From NCBI GenBank assembly GCA_965219535.1, contig CBDCNV010000002.1, forward strand, positions 300,001 to 332,000: DNA of 32,000 bases. Reading direction: 5' to 3'. The notes under the pieces were generated by a model. It saw only the letters and a program-made list of their open reading frames with translations, had not been told where the DNA came from and made no database searches. Source of the DNA: Opitutales bacterium (GTDB lineage: Bacteria > Verrucomicrobiota > Verrucomicrobiia > Opitutales > PNEW01). Shown one piece after another: positions 9,093 through 18,065 of this stretch (position 1 is its first letter; every line of letters starts with the position of its first letter). Both the position numbers and the translations under genes were made by a program.

Positions 9093-9901
9093 ATTTTTAT
9101 TGTAAACTGGAGAGCGCGTGGCGTGAAAGTAACTCCCTTGTTTGTGTTGGCCTGGATCCTGATCTAGAAAAGATCCCCCACCATCTAAAGTCGCGTCCTC
9201 ACCCAGTCTTTGACTTTAACAAGCAAATTATCGACGCCACCGCTGATCTCGCTTGCGCCTACAAGTTACAGATCGCCTACTACGCGGGCTATGCGATTGA
9301 AGATCAACTCACGCAAACGATAAAACATCTTGCGGGGAATTACCCGCACCTGCCCATCATCCTGGATGCGAAACGTAATGACATTGGAGCGACCGCGGAA
9401 ATGTACGCTAAAGAAGCCTTTGATCGTTACTGTGCTGACGCGGTTACGGTTAATCCCTATCTTGGGGGTGACGCGCTTCTACCCTTTTTAAAGCGCAAAG
9501 ATAAAGGCACGATCATTTTGTGTCGTACTTCGAATCCGGGGGGGGACGATTTACAGCACCGGGAGGTGGATGGGAGGCCTCTTTATCAAATAGTCGCAGA
9601 AATGGCAGTTGAGGATTGGAACGAGAATGAAAATGTCGCGCTTGTTGTGGGCGCAACTTATCCGCGAGAACTTGGGGAAGTTCGCAAAATTGTCGGCCCG
9701 ATGCCGCTGTTAGTCCCAGGTATCGGTGCTCAAAAAGGAGATTTAGAAGGGGCTGTAAAGAACGGCCTCGCTGATAACAATGCGGGGATGATCATCAACT
9801 CATCGCGTGGAATTATTTATGCCGGGAACGGTCCGGATTTTGCACAGGATGCACGTAAGGCTGCGGAAGAACTGCGCGATGCAATTAATCAGTATCGCTG
9901 A
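9089..9901 (+). CDS. pyrF: Orotidine-5'-phosphate decarboxylase, type 2
   Basis: 270 aa. Contains VGLDPD, KLQIAYY and ILDAKRNDIGATA motifs, and the length is typical of the long-form PyrF. Confidence 0.9.
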   Translation: MNFYCKLESAWRESNSLVCVGLDPDLEKIPHHLKSRPHPVFDFNKQIIDATADLACAYKLQIAYYAGYAIEDQLTQTIKHLAGNYPHLPIILDAKRNDIGATAEMYAKEAFDRYCADAVTVNPYLGGDALLPFLKRKDKGTIILCRTSNPGGDDLQHREVDGRPLYQIVAEMAVEDWNENENVALVVGATYPRELGEVRKIVGPMPLLVPGIGAQKGDLEGAVKNGLADNNAGMIINSSRGIIYAGNGPDFAQDARKAAEELRDAINQYR

Positions 9902-9986
9902 CTATTTTTATTGCTTTTGGTGGGTCAACACTTGCGACTGCTGGTGCTTCTCTTGAATAATATACACCGTGGAATACTTGCGCGTT

Positions 9987-10367
9987 CTATAACTCAGTTG
10001 TCGGCCCAGTGGGGTTAATCGCACGGTTTACCGTATCAATCAGATCATCGATACGAAAAGGTTTCTCTACATAATCAAAGGCCCCCAATTTAAGCGCTTC
10101 CATTGCGCTGTCGGTCGTGGAGTACCCGGTTATCATAATAACCTTCGCCTGGGGATCGTAAGAAATTATTTCCTTAAGGAGCGAAACTCCATCCATCGGC
10201 TTCATCGATATATCTGCAAGGACAACATCAAATCGCTGCTCTTTATAACGCTTCAACGCATTGCGCCCGTTGAGAAAGCACTCACTCGAATATCCGGCAG
10301 GATTTATAACCGCCTCCAGCATCTCGTGGACTGCAGGAAGATCATCAACTATCATCACCGAAGGCAT
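9987..10367 (-). CDS. Single-domain response regulator (CheY-like receiver)
   Basis: 126 aa. Has the acidic pocket VDD, a phospho-acceptor context VVLADISMKPMDG, ITGY and EKPF. Confidence 0.9.
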   Translation of the reverse strand: MPSVMIVDDLPAVHEMLEAVINPAGYSSECFLNGRNALKRYKEQRFDVVLADISMKPMDGVSLLKEIISYDPQAKVIMITGYSTTDSAMEALKLGAFDYVEKPFRIDDLIDTVNRAINPTGPTTEL

Positions 10368-10445
10368 AAATAAACAACGCCCTTTTCAGGCTATGGTCCT
10401 GAACAGCACTAACCAGGAATATCTAATCAGCCTATACGGCAATGT

Positions 10446-11609
10446 TTACCCGCCGACCGCACCGGCAAGATTGAAAATCGGTAAGAACATAGCCATTACG
10501 ATACCTCCAATAACAACCCCGAGGAATACGATCAGCAATGGTTCCATCAGTGAAGTCAATGCCTCGACAAGGACCTCGATCTCCGAATCGTAGAAATCAG
10601 AAATCTTATCCATCATCCCATCAACATTACCTGTCGTTTCTCCCGCTTTAGCCATATGCTTCACCATAGGAGGGAAATAGGGGTTAGTGGCGACAATTTC
10701 GGATAGTTGTCCGCCTTGGCTGATATGCCTCGTAATATCGATAACGGCCGCTTCAATGTAAGTACTTCCACTCGCACGCGAAACAATGGCTAGGGCGTTC
10801 AAGATGGGAACTCCACTACGCATCAAGATCGCATAGGTGCGGCAAAAGCGTGAGAGGTTAATCTTTTGGATGAGGACCCCAAGAACCGGCAATTTAAAAA
10901 GAAATTTGTCTTTTGCTATACGGCCCTTAGGCGTAGCGGTCACTTTTACGAGTCCTTTATAAAAGAGGAACGCCCCGATTAACATATAGATGATATAAGA
11001 TTTCAGGAAATCACTGAGATCAATGAGCATCTGAGTCGGCTTGGGCAATTCCTGGCCGAAGTCAGAGAACATGTCTGCAAACACGGGAATGACAAAGACG
11101 AGAAGAACATTGACCAATCCTACGGCGAGGACAATGACACAAACGGGGTAAGTCATCGCTCCTTTTACTTGCTTTTGAAGTTTTACACTGTCTTCAAAAT
11201 ATATAGCAACCTTGCCAAGAATGTCGGCCAGCCCGCCACTCGCTTCCCCGGCCTCGACCATGGAGATGAAAAGATTAGGAAAGGCGTTATTGAATTTACG
11301 TGTCGAGTCGGAAAATGAGGTCCCGCTGGAGACGTCATTTTTAACCTCGCGAATGATAATTTGAAATACAGGGTGTTCAGCTTGTTCCTGAAGCGCTTCC
11401 AGCGCGGACACGAGCGGTAGACCGGCTTCCAACATGGATGCCAGCTGAGCAGTAAAAATCGCAAGTTGATCGAGCTTTATTTTCTTTTTCTTCGCTTGCT
11501 TTTCGTAAGCTTTTATTTTTGCGAGCTTCTGAGATTCCATGAAGCTCATTTTCTTCCCGGAGCCGGCTCCTGCTTGGGATGGTGATGCGCTAGTCGTTAT
11601 TAAGGCCAT
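10446..11609 (-). CDS. Type II secretion / type IV pilus platform protein (GspF/PilC family)
   Basis: 387 aa with two T2SS-F repeats, three hydrophobic segments and typical LSSGxxL.EAL-like motifs (LASMLEAGLPLVSAL; LMRSGVPILNAL). Confidence 0.9.
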   Translation of the reverse strand: MALITTSASPSQAGAGSGKKMSFMESQKLAKIKAYEKQAKKKKIKLDQLAIFTAQLASMLEAGLPLVSALEALQEQAEHPVFQIIIREVKNDVSSGTSFSDSTRKFNNAFPNLFISMVEAGEASGGLADILGKVAIYFEDSVKLQKQVKGAMTYPVCVIVLAVGLVNVLLVFVIPVFADMFSDFGQELPKPTQMLIDLSDFLKSYIIYMLIGAFLFYKGLVKVTATPKGRIAKDKFLFKLPVLGVLIQKINLSRFCRTYAILMRSGVPILNALAIVSRASGSTYIEAAVIDITRHISQGGQLSEIVATNPYFPPMVKHMAKAGETTGNVDGMMDKISDFYDSEIEVLVEALTSLMEPLLIVFLGVVIGGIVMAMFLPIFNLAGAVGG

Positions 11610-12035
11610 AATTTACAATCTGGTTAATTAATTCTTTGTTTGCAACAATTTACACCATGATACTGATATTTTAAAGATTTTTTTACTCCCATTGTAATTC
11701 CCTGGGCCTGTGTGCCCTCGAACCTTACTCTAAAGGGATAAATGCCGTCGATAAAAGGACTTGTGTACGTTTACCCTCGTGTTTTCAGCAAGCCCTACTG
11801 TCGTTCGTGTCTTATTTATCTAGCATTCGAAATGCGCTGGCCTCTCTTCTGACCTTTTATCTATTGCCATTGCGAAGATCTCATGACGAATGCGAACAAC
11901 TTTCGACAGTTTATTTACTCTTAGGGTTATCGTGCTTATTTTTTAAATCCCTTTGATTTCCCCACCGCACTTGTCTCATCACCTATTAACTTCTCTAATC
12001 CAAATTAAGTTGCAGGAGCACTAATAATATTTGTA

Positions 12036-12085
12036 GTTTTACCCCTTTTCCTCCTGTGAGGATGCGGGTAAAACGCGAGTTTTTT
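12036..12085 (+). terminator. Compound hairpin plus T6 (terminator- or attenuator-like)
   Basis: The outer stem GTTTTACCC (12036-12044) pairs with GGGTAAAAC (12066-12074). The inner stem TCCTC (12049-12053) pairs with GAGGA (12058-12062) around a CTGT loop. A T6 run follows at 12080-12085, with a 5-nt gap between stem and T-run that is not ideal. The element ends 10 nt before the ATG at 12096. Confidence 0.35.
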
Positions 12086-12095
12086 ATAGTAAGCT

Positions 12096-12455
12096 ATGTT
12101 TCAGGTGACTTTCAGTGACCAGAGTATGGATGAATTGAATAATCTCGAGATGAGCGATCAACTCCATCTCGTTGAGCAGATCAGCAATGTGACGAGAGAG
12201 CAACTATCCCATCCTCGAGAACCGCTGAGCAAGTTCTCTCGAGATGGCACCACTTTCTATCGGCTGCGAGCCGGAGACTTCCGCCTTTATTTTGAAATCG
12301 AGAGTAATACCTTATACAGCCATTATATTCTCCATAAAAATACACTTCCAGATTTCGTCTTCCGCTCGAAGCTGCCTTTATCTGAAGATCTTATCATGGA
12401 GCAGCACCAGTCATTTTGGAGGTACCTCAACAGCCTGAAAAAGAACAGTAAATAG
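12096..12455 (+). CDS. RelE/ParE-superfamily fold protein (toxin-like), no cognate antitoxin seen
   Basis: 119 aa. FQVTFSDQSMDELNNL...(helices)...GTTFYRLRAGDFRLYFEIESNTL...ILHK follows the RelE/ParE template (Y.I.fs..a.kdL..L ... YRIRVGDYRIIY.i....i.i..i.hR). It has a C-terminal extension of about 30 aa. Its stop lies 2 nt before the pssA ATG. Confidence 0.55.
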   Translation: MFQVTFSDQSMDELNNLEMSDQLHLVEQISNVTREQLSHPREPLSKFSRDGTTFYRLRAGDFRLYFEIESNTLYSHYILHKNTLPDFVFRSKLPLSEDLIMEQHQSFWRYLNSLKKNSK

Positions 12456-12457
12456 CG

Positions 12458-13321
12458 ATGCCCACGAATAAAAAGAAAGGCGGGATTCCCAGTAATTATA
12501 CAGATGCTACTGAAGCGAGTCACATCTATGTCCTCCCCAATCTGATGACGGCAGGGAATCTTTTGTGCGGCTTTCTCGCCGTTATCCGCTGCATTCAAGC
12601 AAAATTTGCGGAGTCGATGCGCATCTCAGATGATATTGTTAAGGAAGCACTGGTGCCTGAAGCGCTCTACGAACAAGCCGTATGGTTTATACTCGGCGCA
12701 GTCATTTTTGACTTTCTCGATGGGCTACTGGCTCGGTTGAGTGGGAGGGAATCACTTTTTGGCAAAGAGTTTGACTCCATTGCTGACATCGTCTCATTCG
12801 GCATGGCACCGGCGTTGATGGTTTTCTTCCTCATTCTTTCGCCCACTGAGGAATATCCTTTTTTCCGTCAGCTAGGTGGGCTCGTAGGATTCATTTATCT
12901 ATTGTGCGGTGCCGTCCGTCTGGCACGACACAATGTTATTACGCACCCTCTCATTGATAATAAAAAAGGGGCTGCTAACGAGGACTTCCAGGGCTTACCT
13001 GTCCCTGCGGCGGCTGGTATGATTGCCTCGCTTGTATTAGTTATTAATAGTTATAACCTGAAGGACGGCGCAATTTTCCTTCCCATTCTTCTTTTGCTGA
13101 TCGCTTTTCTTATGGTTAGTAACATCCGCTATCCGAGCTTTAAAACTATCGATTGGAATACTCAGGCAAAATTACGTACCTTTATCTCCTTTCTATGTGG
13201 CCTTGCCCTTATTTATCACTTCCGGTGGTTTGCGGTAGCTATATTGTTCTTCGCGTATATCTTTTTTGGTCTACTGCGATTTTTCAGAGAGGAATGGCTA
13301 TCCCATAAACATGGCTCATAA
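12458..13321 (+). CDS. pssA: CDP-diacylglycerol--serine O-phosphatidyltransferase
   Basis: 287 aa. Carries the CDP-alcohol phosphatidyltransferase motif DFLDGLLARLSGRESLFGKEFDSIADIV, the N-terminal LPNLMTAGNLLCGF typical of PssA, and multiple TM segments. Confidence 0.85.
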   Translation: MPTNKKKGGIPSNYTDATEASHIYVLPNLMTAGNLLCGFLAVIRCIQAKFAESMRISDDIVKEALVPEALYEQAVWFILGAVIFDFLDGLLARLSGRESLFGKEFDSIADIVSFGMAPALMVFFLILSPTEEYPFFRQLGGLVGFIYLLCGAVRLARHNVITHPLIDNKKGAANEDFQGLPVPAAAGMIASLVLVINSYNLKDGAIFLPILLLLIAFLMVSNIRYPSFKTIDWNTQAKLRTFISFLCGLALIYHFRWFAVAILFFAYIFFGLLRFFREEWLSHKHGS

Positions 13322-13435
13322 CCATTGAGAACAAGTTATGAAAAACGCGTTAATAGTGACTTGATAGCTGGTATCAGGTTTCACCGCCCTGTTTCATACC
13401 CAGGGTATTCAGAGGTCATTGGTTCCTTGAAAAGT

Positions 13436-13451
13436 ATGCAAGATATTGCAT
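13436..13451. promoter_or_regulatory. 16-nt palindrome ATGCAAGATATTGCAT upstream of dnaN
   Basis: 6-bp arms around a 4-nt centre, inside the AT-rich 259-bp pssA-dnaN spacer. The geometry is operator-like and the function is unknown. Confidence 0.2.
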
Positions 13452-13580
13452 AATAGGAATTTGATTTGAATATTACGCTTTTACCCCGTTATATAATAAT
13501 AAGAATAAATTTATATTATAGTACTCTTTATTAAATAACATTGCCAGTAACTCTTTAATTTTCCTTATTTAGTCGACAAT

Positions 13581-14711
13581 ATGCAATTTAAAATCAATCG
13601 CGACCATTTCAGCAGTGGCTTACAACAGGTACTTAATGTCGTGGGTACTCGTGCGACGATGCCTATTTTAAGTAACGTTCTTATTGAATCCACAGAGAAT
13701 GGGATCGCATTGACGACAACTAATCTCGATCTTGGTATTCGGTGCAATATCAAGGCGGGCGTTTCGGAACCTGGTGGTATTACTTTGCCGGTTCGTAAGT
13801 TGGCAACCATTGTGCGTGAGCTACCCAATCTTGAAGTCAATTTTGAGGCCTCACCCAATCATCAAGCTAAGATAACATCTGGGGGCTCACTTTTTCGTAT
13901 TATGGGAATTGCCAAGGATGAGTTTCCTCCCCTCCCAACTTTTAGTGACAAGCACGTGTTCCTTTTTAAACAGGCAGAGCTGGCGGCTATGCTGAAATAC
14001 GTTTCTTACGCGCAGTCTACTGATGAGACCCGTTATATCATGAACGGAGTCTACTTTAATTTTGAGGATGATAAACTTACGCTCGCTGCTACTGACGGGC
14101 GCCGTCTTGCAGTAACCAGTCTCGAAATGGAGATCGACGAAAACAATGTCGGCCATCTCATTCTCCCTGCGAAAACGGTCGCAGAAGTCGAACGACTTTT
14201 AGGACAGGGAGATGAGGTTAAGATTGCTTTCAATGATCGGCAGGTCTCTTTTGAAATTAATACTGATGCTGAAGAAGGTGATAGTGGACTTATCGGCAGC
14301 ATTGAACTTATATCCAAAGTTGTTGAAGGTAATTATCCCAATTATCACCAGGTCATACCAAAGGAAATAGAACAGCGGGTTAAAGTGGAGCGTGAATTGC
14401 TTCTTGATTGCGTGCGCCGCGCCGCACTGGTCACGAGCGATAAAAATAATTCTATTAAGATAAAAGCGACAGATAATCTTTTGGAAATTAGTGGATCCAG
14501 TCCGGAGTATGGGGAATCACATGAATCGATTGCGGTTGCCTACGAAGGACCAGAAGTACAGGTTGCTTTCAACCCGCATTTTATCATTGATCCACTTAAA
14601 GCACTGACGAAAGATGAAGTGATATTTGAGTTTAAAGACGAACTTAGCCCGGGAGTATTTCGAACCTTGGAAAGTTTTATGTGCGTGATAATGCCCTTGC
14701 GGCTGAACTGA
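13581..14711 (+). CDS. dnaN: DNA polymerase III beta sliding clamp
   Basis: 376 aa with a three-domain clamp. N-terminal pattern [34 protein letters not shown] and internal ATDGRRLA. Confidence 0.95.
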   Translation: MQFKINRDHFSSGLQQVLNVVGTRATMPILSNVLIESTENGIALTTTNLDLGIRCNIKAGVSEPGGITLPVRKLATIVRELPNLEVNFEASPNHQAKITSGGSLFRIMGIAKDEFPPLPTFSDKHVFLFKQAELAAMLKYVSYAQSTDETRYIMNGVYFNFEDDKLTLAATDGRRLAVTSLEMEIDENNVGHLILPAKTVAEVERLLGQGDEVKIAFNDRQVSFEINTDAEEGDSGLIGSIELISKVVEGNYPNYHQVIPKEIEQRVKVERELLLDCVRRAALVTSDKNNSIKIKATDNLLEISGSSPEYGESHESIAVAYEGPEVQVAFNPHFIIDPLKALTKDEVIFEFKDELSPGVFRTLESFMCVIMPLRLN

Positions 14712-14803
14712 TACAGACAGGGTAAAGAGGACGTTCCTCGTTTCGTGTTAAAAAGTTGTCGGGGTAACTATGATTTAGCGGGTTTACCGTTATATTACAC
14801 TTT

Positions 14804-15691
14804 ATGGCGTTAAATTTTGAAATAACACATGGTATTTTTATTCTCGTCGTAACGACGTTCGCGCTCGCTTATGCCAGTGTGCATTTTGCCTCCCCCATTA
14901 TAGCTATATTTTTCCGTTGGTCGCGCTGGATTTTGTTCGCCTTCGCCTTTGCCTATATAGCCGGTTACCTTGGGGGTGCCAACCGCCCTTTTTGGGTTTT
15001 GACGCTCTCCGCTTTCCTTCTTTGGTTTGTCTTCGAAACCGGTTATTACTGGTTGGCTATATCCCAGTATAGCCACAGTCAACTCCCCCTCTTTCTCGAT
15101 TTCAGAAAAAATAGCGCGGGGGATGAATGGCCAAATCAAAAACGTTTTATCGCCCTCAGAGAATGGCTGCGCAGTCAGGAATTTACTCCACTCATCGCGC
15201 TGAAAGCTGAATTAGATCAGAATATTTCTTTGCGCTCGTCGATTTATCAAAGCGATGAAAATAGAATACGATTGCAGATCCATTTCGTTCCCCAACGTAA
15301 CGGCAATGTTTCGGTTTGTTTTATCTTCAGCTCAATTGCAGGTAATGGGGCACGTATAATTACGGATAATATCTTCCAGCCCTTTGGCGGATTTTATCCT
15401 GAACAATGGCACCTCGAGCGAAAACCATGGACGCGTTCACCGCAGCGGCTTTTTGTGCGGCACCGCGATCGCATGGAAAAATATGGTGGGGCCTTCGTTC
15501 CCTGGGATGATGATCCTCTCTACGATATTAATAACCAGCAACGGCACCTCGAACGCATCAATATTGAATTAGGCTTTCTTTTCCCTCGTGAACTTCACGA
15601 AAAACACGGCAAAATTACCTGGGAAGGGCGCTATCGAGTTTGGAAAGAACTCTGGCTGCTGAACTTTTTGGGCATTGCCCATCATTATTAG
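14804..15691 (+). CDS. Hypothetical membrane protein (about 4 N-terminal TM helices plus a soluble C-terminal domain of about 190 aa)
   Basis: 295-aa ORF with an ATG start and coding-like composition. I recognise no family. Confidence 0.55.
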   Translation: MALNFEITHGIFILVVTTFALAYASVHFASPIIAIFFRWSRWILFAFAFAYIAGYLGGANRPFWVLTLSAFLLWFVFETGYYWLAISQYSHSQLPLFLDFRKNSAGDEWPNQKRFIALREWLRSQEFTPLIALKAELDQNISLRSSIYQSDENRIRLQIHFVPQRNGNVSVCFIFSSIAGNGARIITDNIFQPFGGFYPEQWHLERKPWTRSPQRLFVRHRDRMEKYGGAFVPWDDDPLYDINNQQRHLERINIELGFLFPRELHEKHGKITWEGRYRVWKELWLLNFLGIAHHY

Positions 15692-15714
15692 TAACCGCCT
15701 GGGCCCTCTAATAG

Positions 15715-16731
15715 TCATCCTCCAATATAAGACATTTCTACTTTCGGTGGGGGCTTCGCGTTATCATTCATGCTTGTACGCAGCTCGGAATAACGGTCTG
15801 TTCGATTATTCCAGATACTCTTCAAGAGTATTAAGATTTCATCATCACTTTTTCCCTCTCGAAGCGCGCTGCGTAGATCCTTCCCTTTATCCGCGAACAG
15901 ACAGGTGTATAGCTGGCCGTCCGCTGTTATCCTCGCCCGCGTACAATCGCGACAAAAGGGCAGCGTTACCGAAGCAATAATACCGATTTCGATATCCGTA
16001 CCCTTATAGCGATAGCGCTTAGCAACTTCTCCACGATAATTGGGGTCTATGGTTTCCAAGCTAAATTCACGCTCGAGGTCGGCTACGATCTGCTCTGCCG
16101 GGTAGACCGCGTCCATTTTCCAGCCGTTGTGATTGCCGACATCCATGAACTCAATGAATCGCAGGGTGTGTCCGTTATCTCGGGCATAGCGCGCCATGGG
16201 TAAGACTTGCCCTTCATTTACGCCCTTTTCTACCACCATGTTGATTTTGACCGGTAATCCTGTGGAGGCAGCAGCTTCTATTCCCTGCATCACTCGCTTT
16301 ACTTCTATCCCGCGTCCATTCATTTTTTTAAATATTTCATCATCAATCGCATCCAGGCTCACCGTAACACGGTTTAGACCTGCAGCGCGGAGAGCATCAG
16401 CAGTCTGATCCAATAGCAAACCGTTGGTAGTCAAGGCTATGTCATCTATTCCTGGAATGTCTGAAACAAATTTGACTAAATGGTCAAGTTCTTTTCTGAT
16501 TAAAGGCTCACCTCCTGTTAACCGAATTTTTCGTACCCCGCAGTGCGAAAAAATCCTAGCCAGTCGGGCAATCTCTTCATAAGTAAGCAGTTCAGGTTTA
16601 TTTAAAAATGCATAATCGCGTCCAAAAATCTCTTCCGGCATACAATAGGTACAACGCATATTACATCTGTCTGTGACGGATATACGCAGGTCATGTAGCG
16701 ATCGGCCTAAAGTGTCGATAGGATGAGCCAT
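15715..16731 (-). CDS. moaA: GTP 3',8-cyclase (radical SAM Moco biosynthesis protein A)
   Basis: LRISVTDRCNMRCTYCMPEE (CxxxCxxC), GGEPL and the C-terminal second cluster CRDCTRARITADGQLYTCLF. The ORF track starts at a TTG at 16779. I prefer the ATG at 16731 (MAHPIDTLGRS...), which gives a canonical N-terminus. Confidence 0.92.
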   Translation of the reverse strand: MAHPIDTLGRSLHDLRISVTDRCNMRCTYCMPEEIFGRDYAFLNKPELLTYEEIARLARIFSHCGVRKIRLTGGEPLIRKELDHLVKFVSDIPGIDDIALTTNGLLLDQTADALRAAGLNRVTVSLDAIDDEIFKKMNGRGIEVKRVMQGIEAAASTGLPVKINMVVEKGVNEGQVLPMARYARDNGHTLRFIEFMDVGNHNGWKMDAVYPAEQIVADLEREFSLETIDPNYRGEVAKRYRYKGTDIEIGIIASVTLPFCRDCTRARITADGQLYTCLFADKGKDLRSALREGKSDDEILILLKSIWNNRTDRYSELRTSMNDNAKPPPKVEMSYIGG

Positions 16732-16824
16732 AAAATTAAATGAATCAGATAAAATGGATGGGAATTGCAAAATCTTCAATTTTAAAGGGAAATTAATTTG
16801 AAGCTAATTTCTATGGACTGAGGA

Positions 16825-18033
16825 ATGAGTATTTCCTGTGAAGAAGCCTTTCGTATTATCGAAGACGCAACCCATGTATTGCCGTCTGAGAAATGCCCTT
16901 TTGAGGGACTAGTCGGCCGTATTCTACGTGAACCGGTAAAAGCTGACCGTGATTTACCACCTTTTGATCGCGTGATGATGGACGGAATTGCGATTTCTCA
17001 ATCTGCCTGGGATGAGGGGATTCGGGAATTCCCGATAGACGGGCTGCAAGCCGCGGGAGCATTAGTCCAGCAATTGAAAGATAAACACCATTGTCTGGAA
17101 GTAATGACGGGTGCGGTATTACCCACGGGTAGTGATTGTGTATTGCCCTATGAAGAAGTTGAAATAGATGAAGGTAAGGCAAAGGTGGATGGTGATACCG
17201 CGGTTAAAGCTGGATTAAATATTCATCAGCAGGGGAGTGATTTTTCGGATGGGTCGACCCTTGTTGAAGAGGGAACGCAGCTTACTTCACGTGAAATTGC
17301 CGTTGCTGCCTCCTGCGGGAAGCATTCGCTTTCAGTCACCGTAAGACCGCGCGTCGCGATAATTGACTCAGGTGATGAACTGGTTGAGGTTAATGAAGCA
17401 GTTGAACGACACCAGATTAGACGATCCAATATTTATGCGCTGAATGCCGCGCTCACTACACTCGGCGTTCCCAATGCCGAAATGATCAATCTTAAAGATG
17501 AGCGTGAAAACATAGAGATTGCTTTGCGCGATGTTGTTGAACGCACGGATGTGGTGATCCTCAGCGGTGGAGTATCTAAGGGCAAACGGGACTTCATACC
17601 TGAAGTATTGGATTCGGTGGGGGTGGAAAAAGCATTTCACGGGGTAAAGCAACGCCCGGGTAAGCCTTTCTGGTATGGTAATATACCCGCGGGGCCGACT
17701 ATTTTTGCCCTACCGGGGAATCCTCTTTCAACACTCATCTGTTTCCATCGTTACGTGAAACCGGCACTTGATATTATGTTTGGACTGAGTAATTCAGGAA
17801 CGGATTGGATTTCATTATCTCAATCGTTCACCTTTAAACCCGCGCTGACTTATTTTTTACCGGTGCGTGTAGATAGGCGACAAGAGGGGTTACTCTCTGC
17901 CATTCCCGTGCCGGTTAGTAATTCCGGTGATTATGCATCGGTGGTCCCCACAGAGGGGTTTGTTGAACTTCCCGCAGAAGAACACAGCGAATTTAAGGAG
18001 GGCTATAATGCGCGGTACTTTCCCTGGATTTGA
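16825..18033 (+). CDS. moeA: Molybdopterin molybdotransferase
   Basis: 402 aa. GRILREPVKADRDLPPFDRVMMDGIAI and SGGVSKGKRDF are typical MoeA blocks. A GAGGA Shine-Dalgarno sits just upstream of the ATG. Confidence 0.9.
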   Translation: MSISCEEAFRIIEDATHVLPSEKCPFEGLVGRILREPVKADRDLPPFDRVMMDGIAISQSAWDEGIREFPIDGLQAAGALVQQLKDKHHCLEVMTGAVLPTGSDCVLPYEEVEIDEGKAKVDGDTAVKAGLNIHQQGSDFSDGSTLVEEGTQLTSREIAVAASCGKHSLSVTVRPRVAIIDSGDELVEVNEAVERHQIRRSNIYALNAALTTLGVPNAEMINLKDERENIEIALRDVVERTDVVILSGGVSKGKRDFIPEVLDSVGVEKAFHGVKQRPGKPFWYGNIPAGPTIFALPGNPLSTLICFHRYVKPALDIMFGLSNSGTDWISLSQSFTFKPALTYFLPVRVDRRQEGLLSAIPVPVSNSGDYASVVPTEGFVELPAEEHSEFKEGYNARYFPWI

Positions 18034-18065
18034 TGAAGATAATATAAACATAAATAAATATAAAA

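Noticed and set aside
11610-12095. Possible replication origin, suggested by the minus-to-plus strand switch, the long spacer and dnaN 1.5 kb away.
   Set aside because: I found no TTATCCACA/TGTGGATAA-type DnaA boxes (the best match is 6 of 9) and no repeated AT-rich 13-mers. Gene orientation flips back to minus only 10.7 kb later, and dnaA is absent. This needs genome-wide GC skew to revisit.
16780-16824. Moco riboswitch expected upstream of moaA or moeA.
   Set aside because: The divergent spacer is only 45 bp (about 93 bp if moaA starts at 16731), which is too short for the Moco RNA motif of roughly 130-150 nt.
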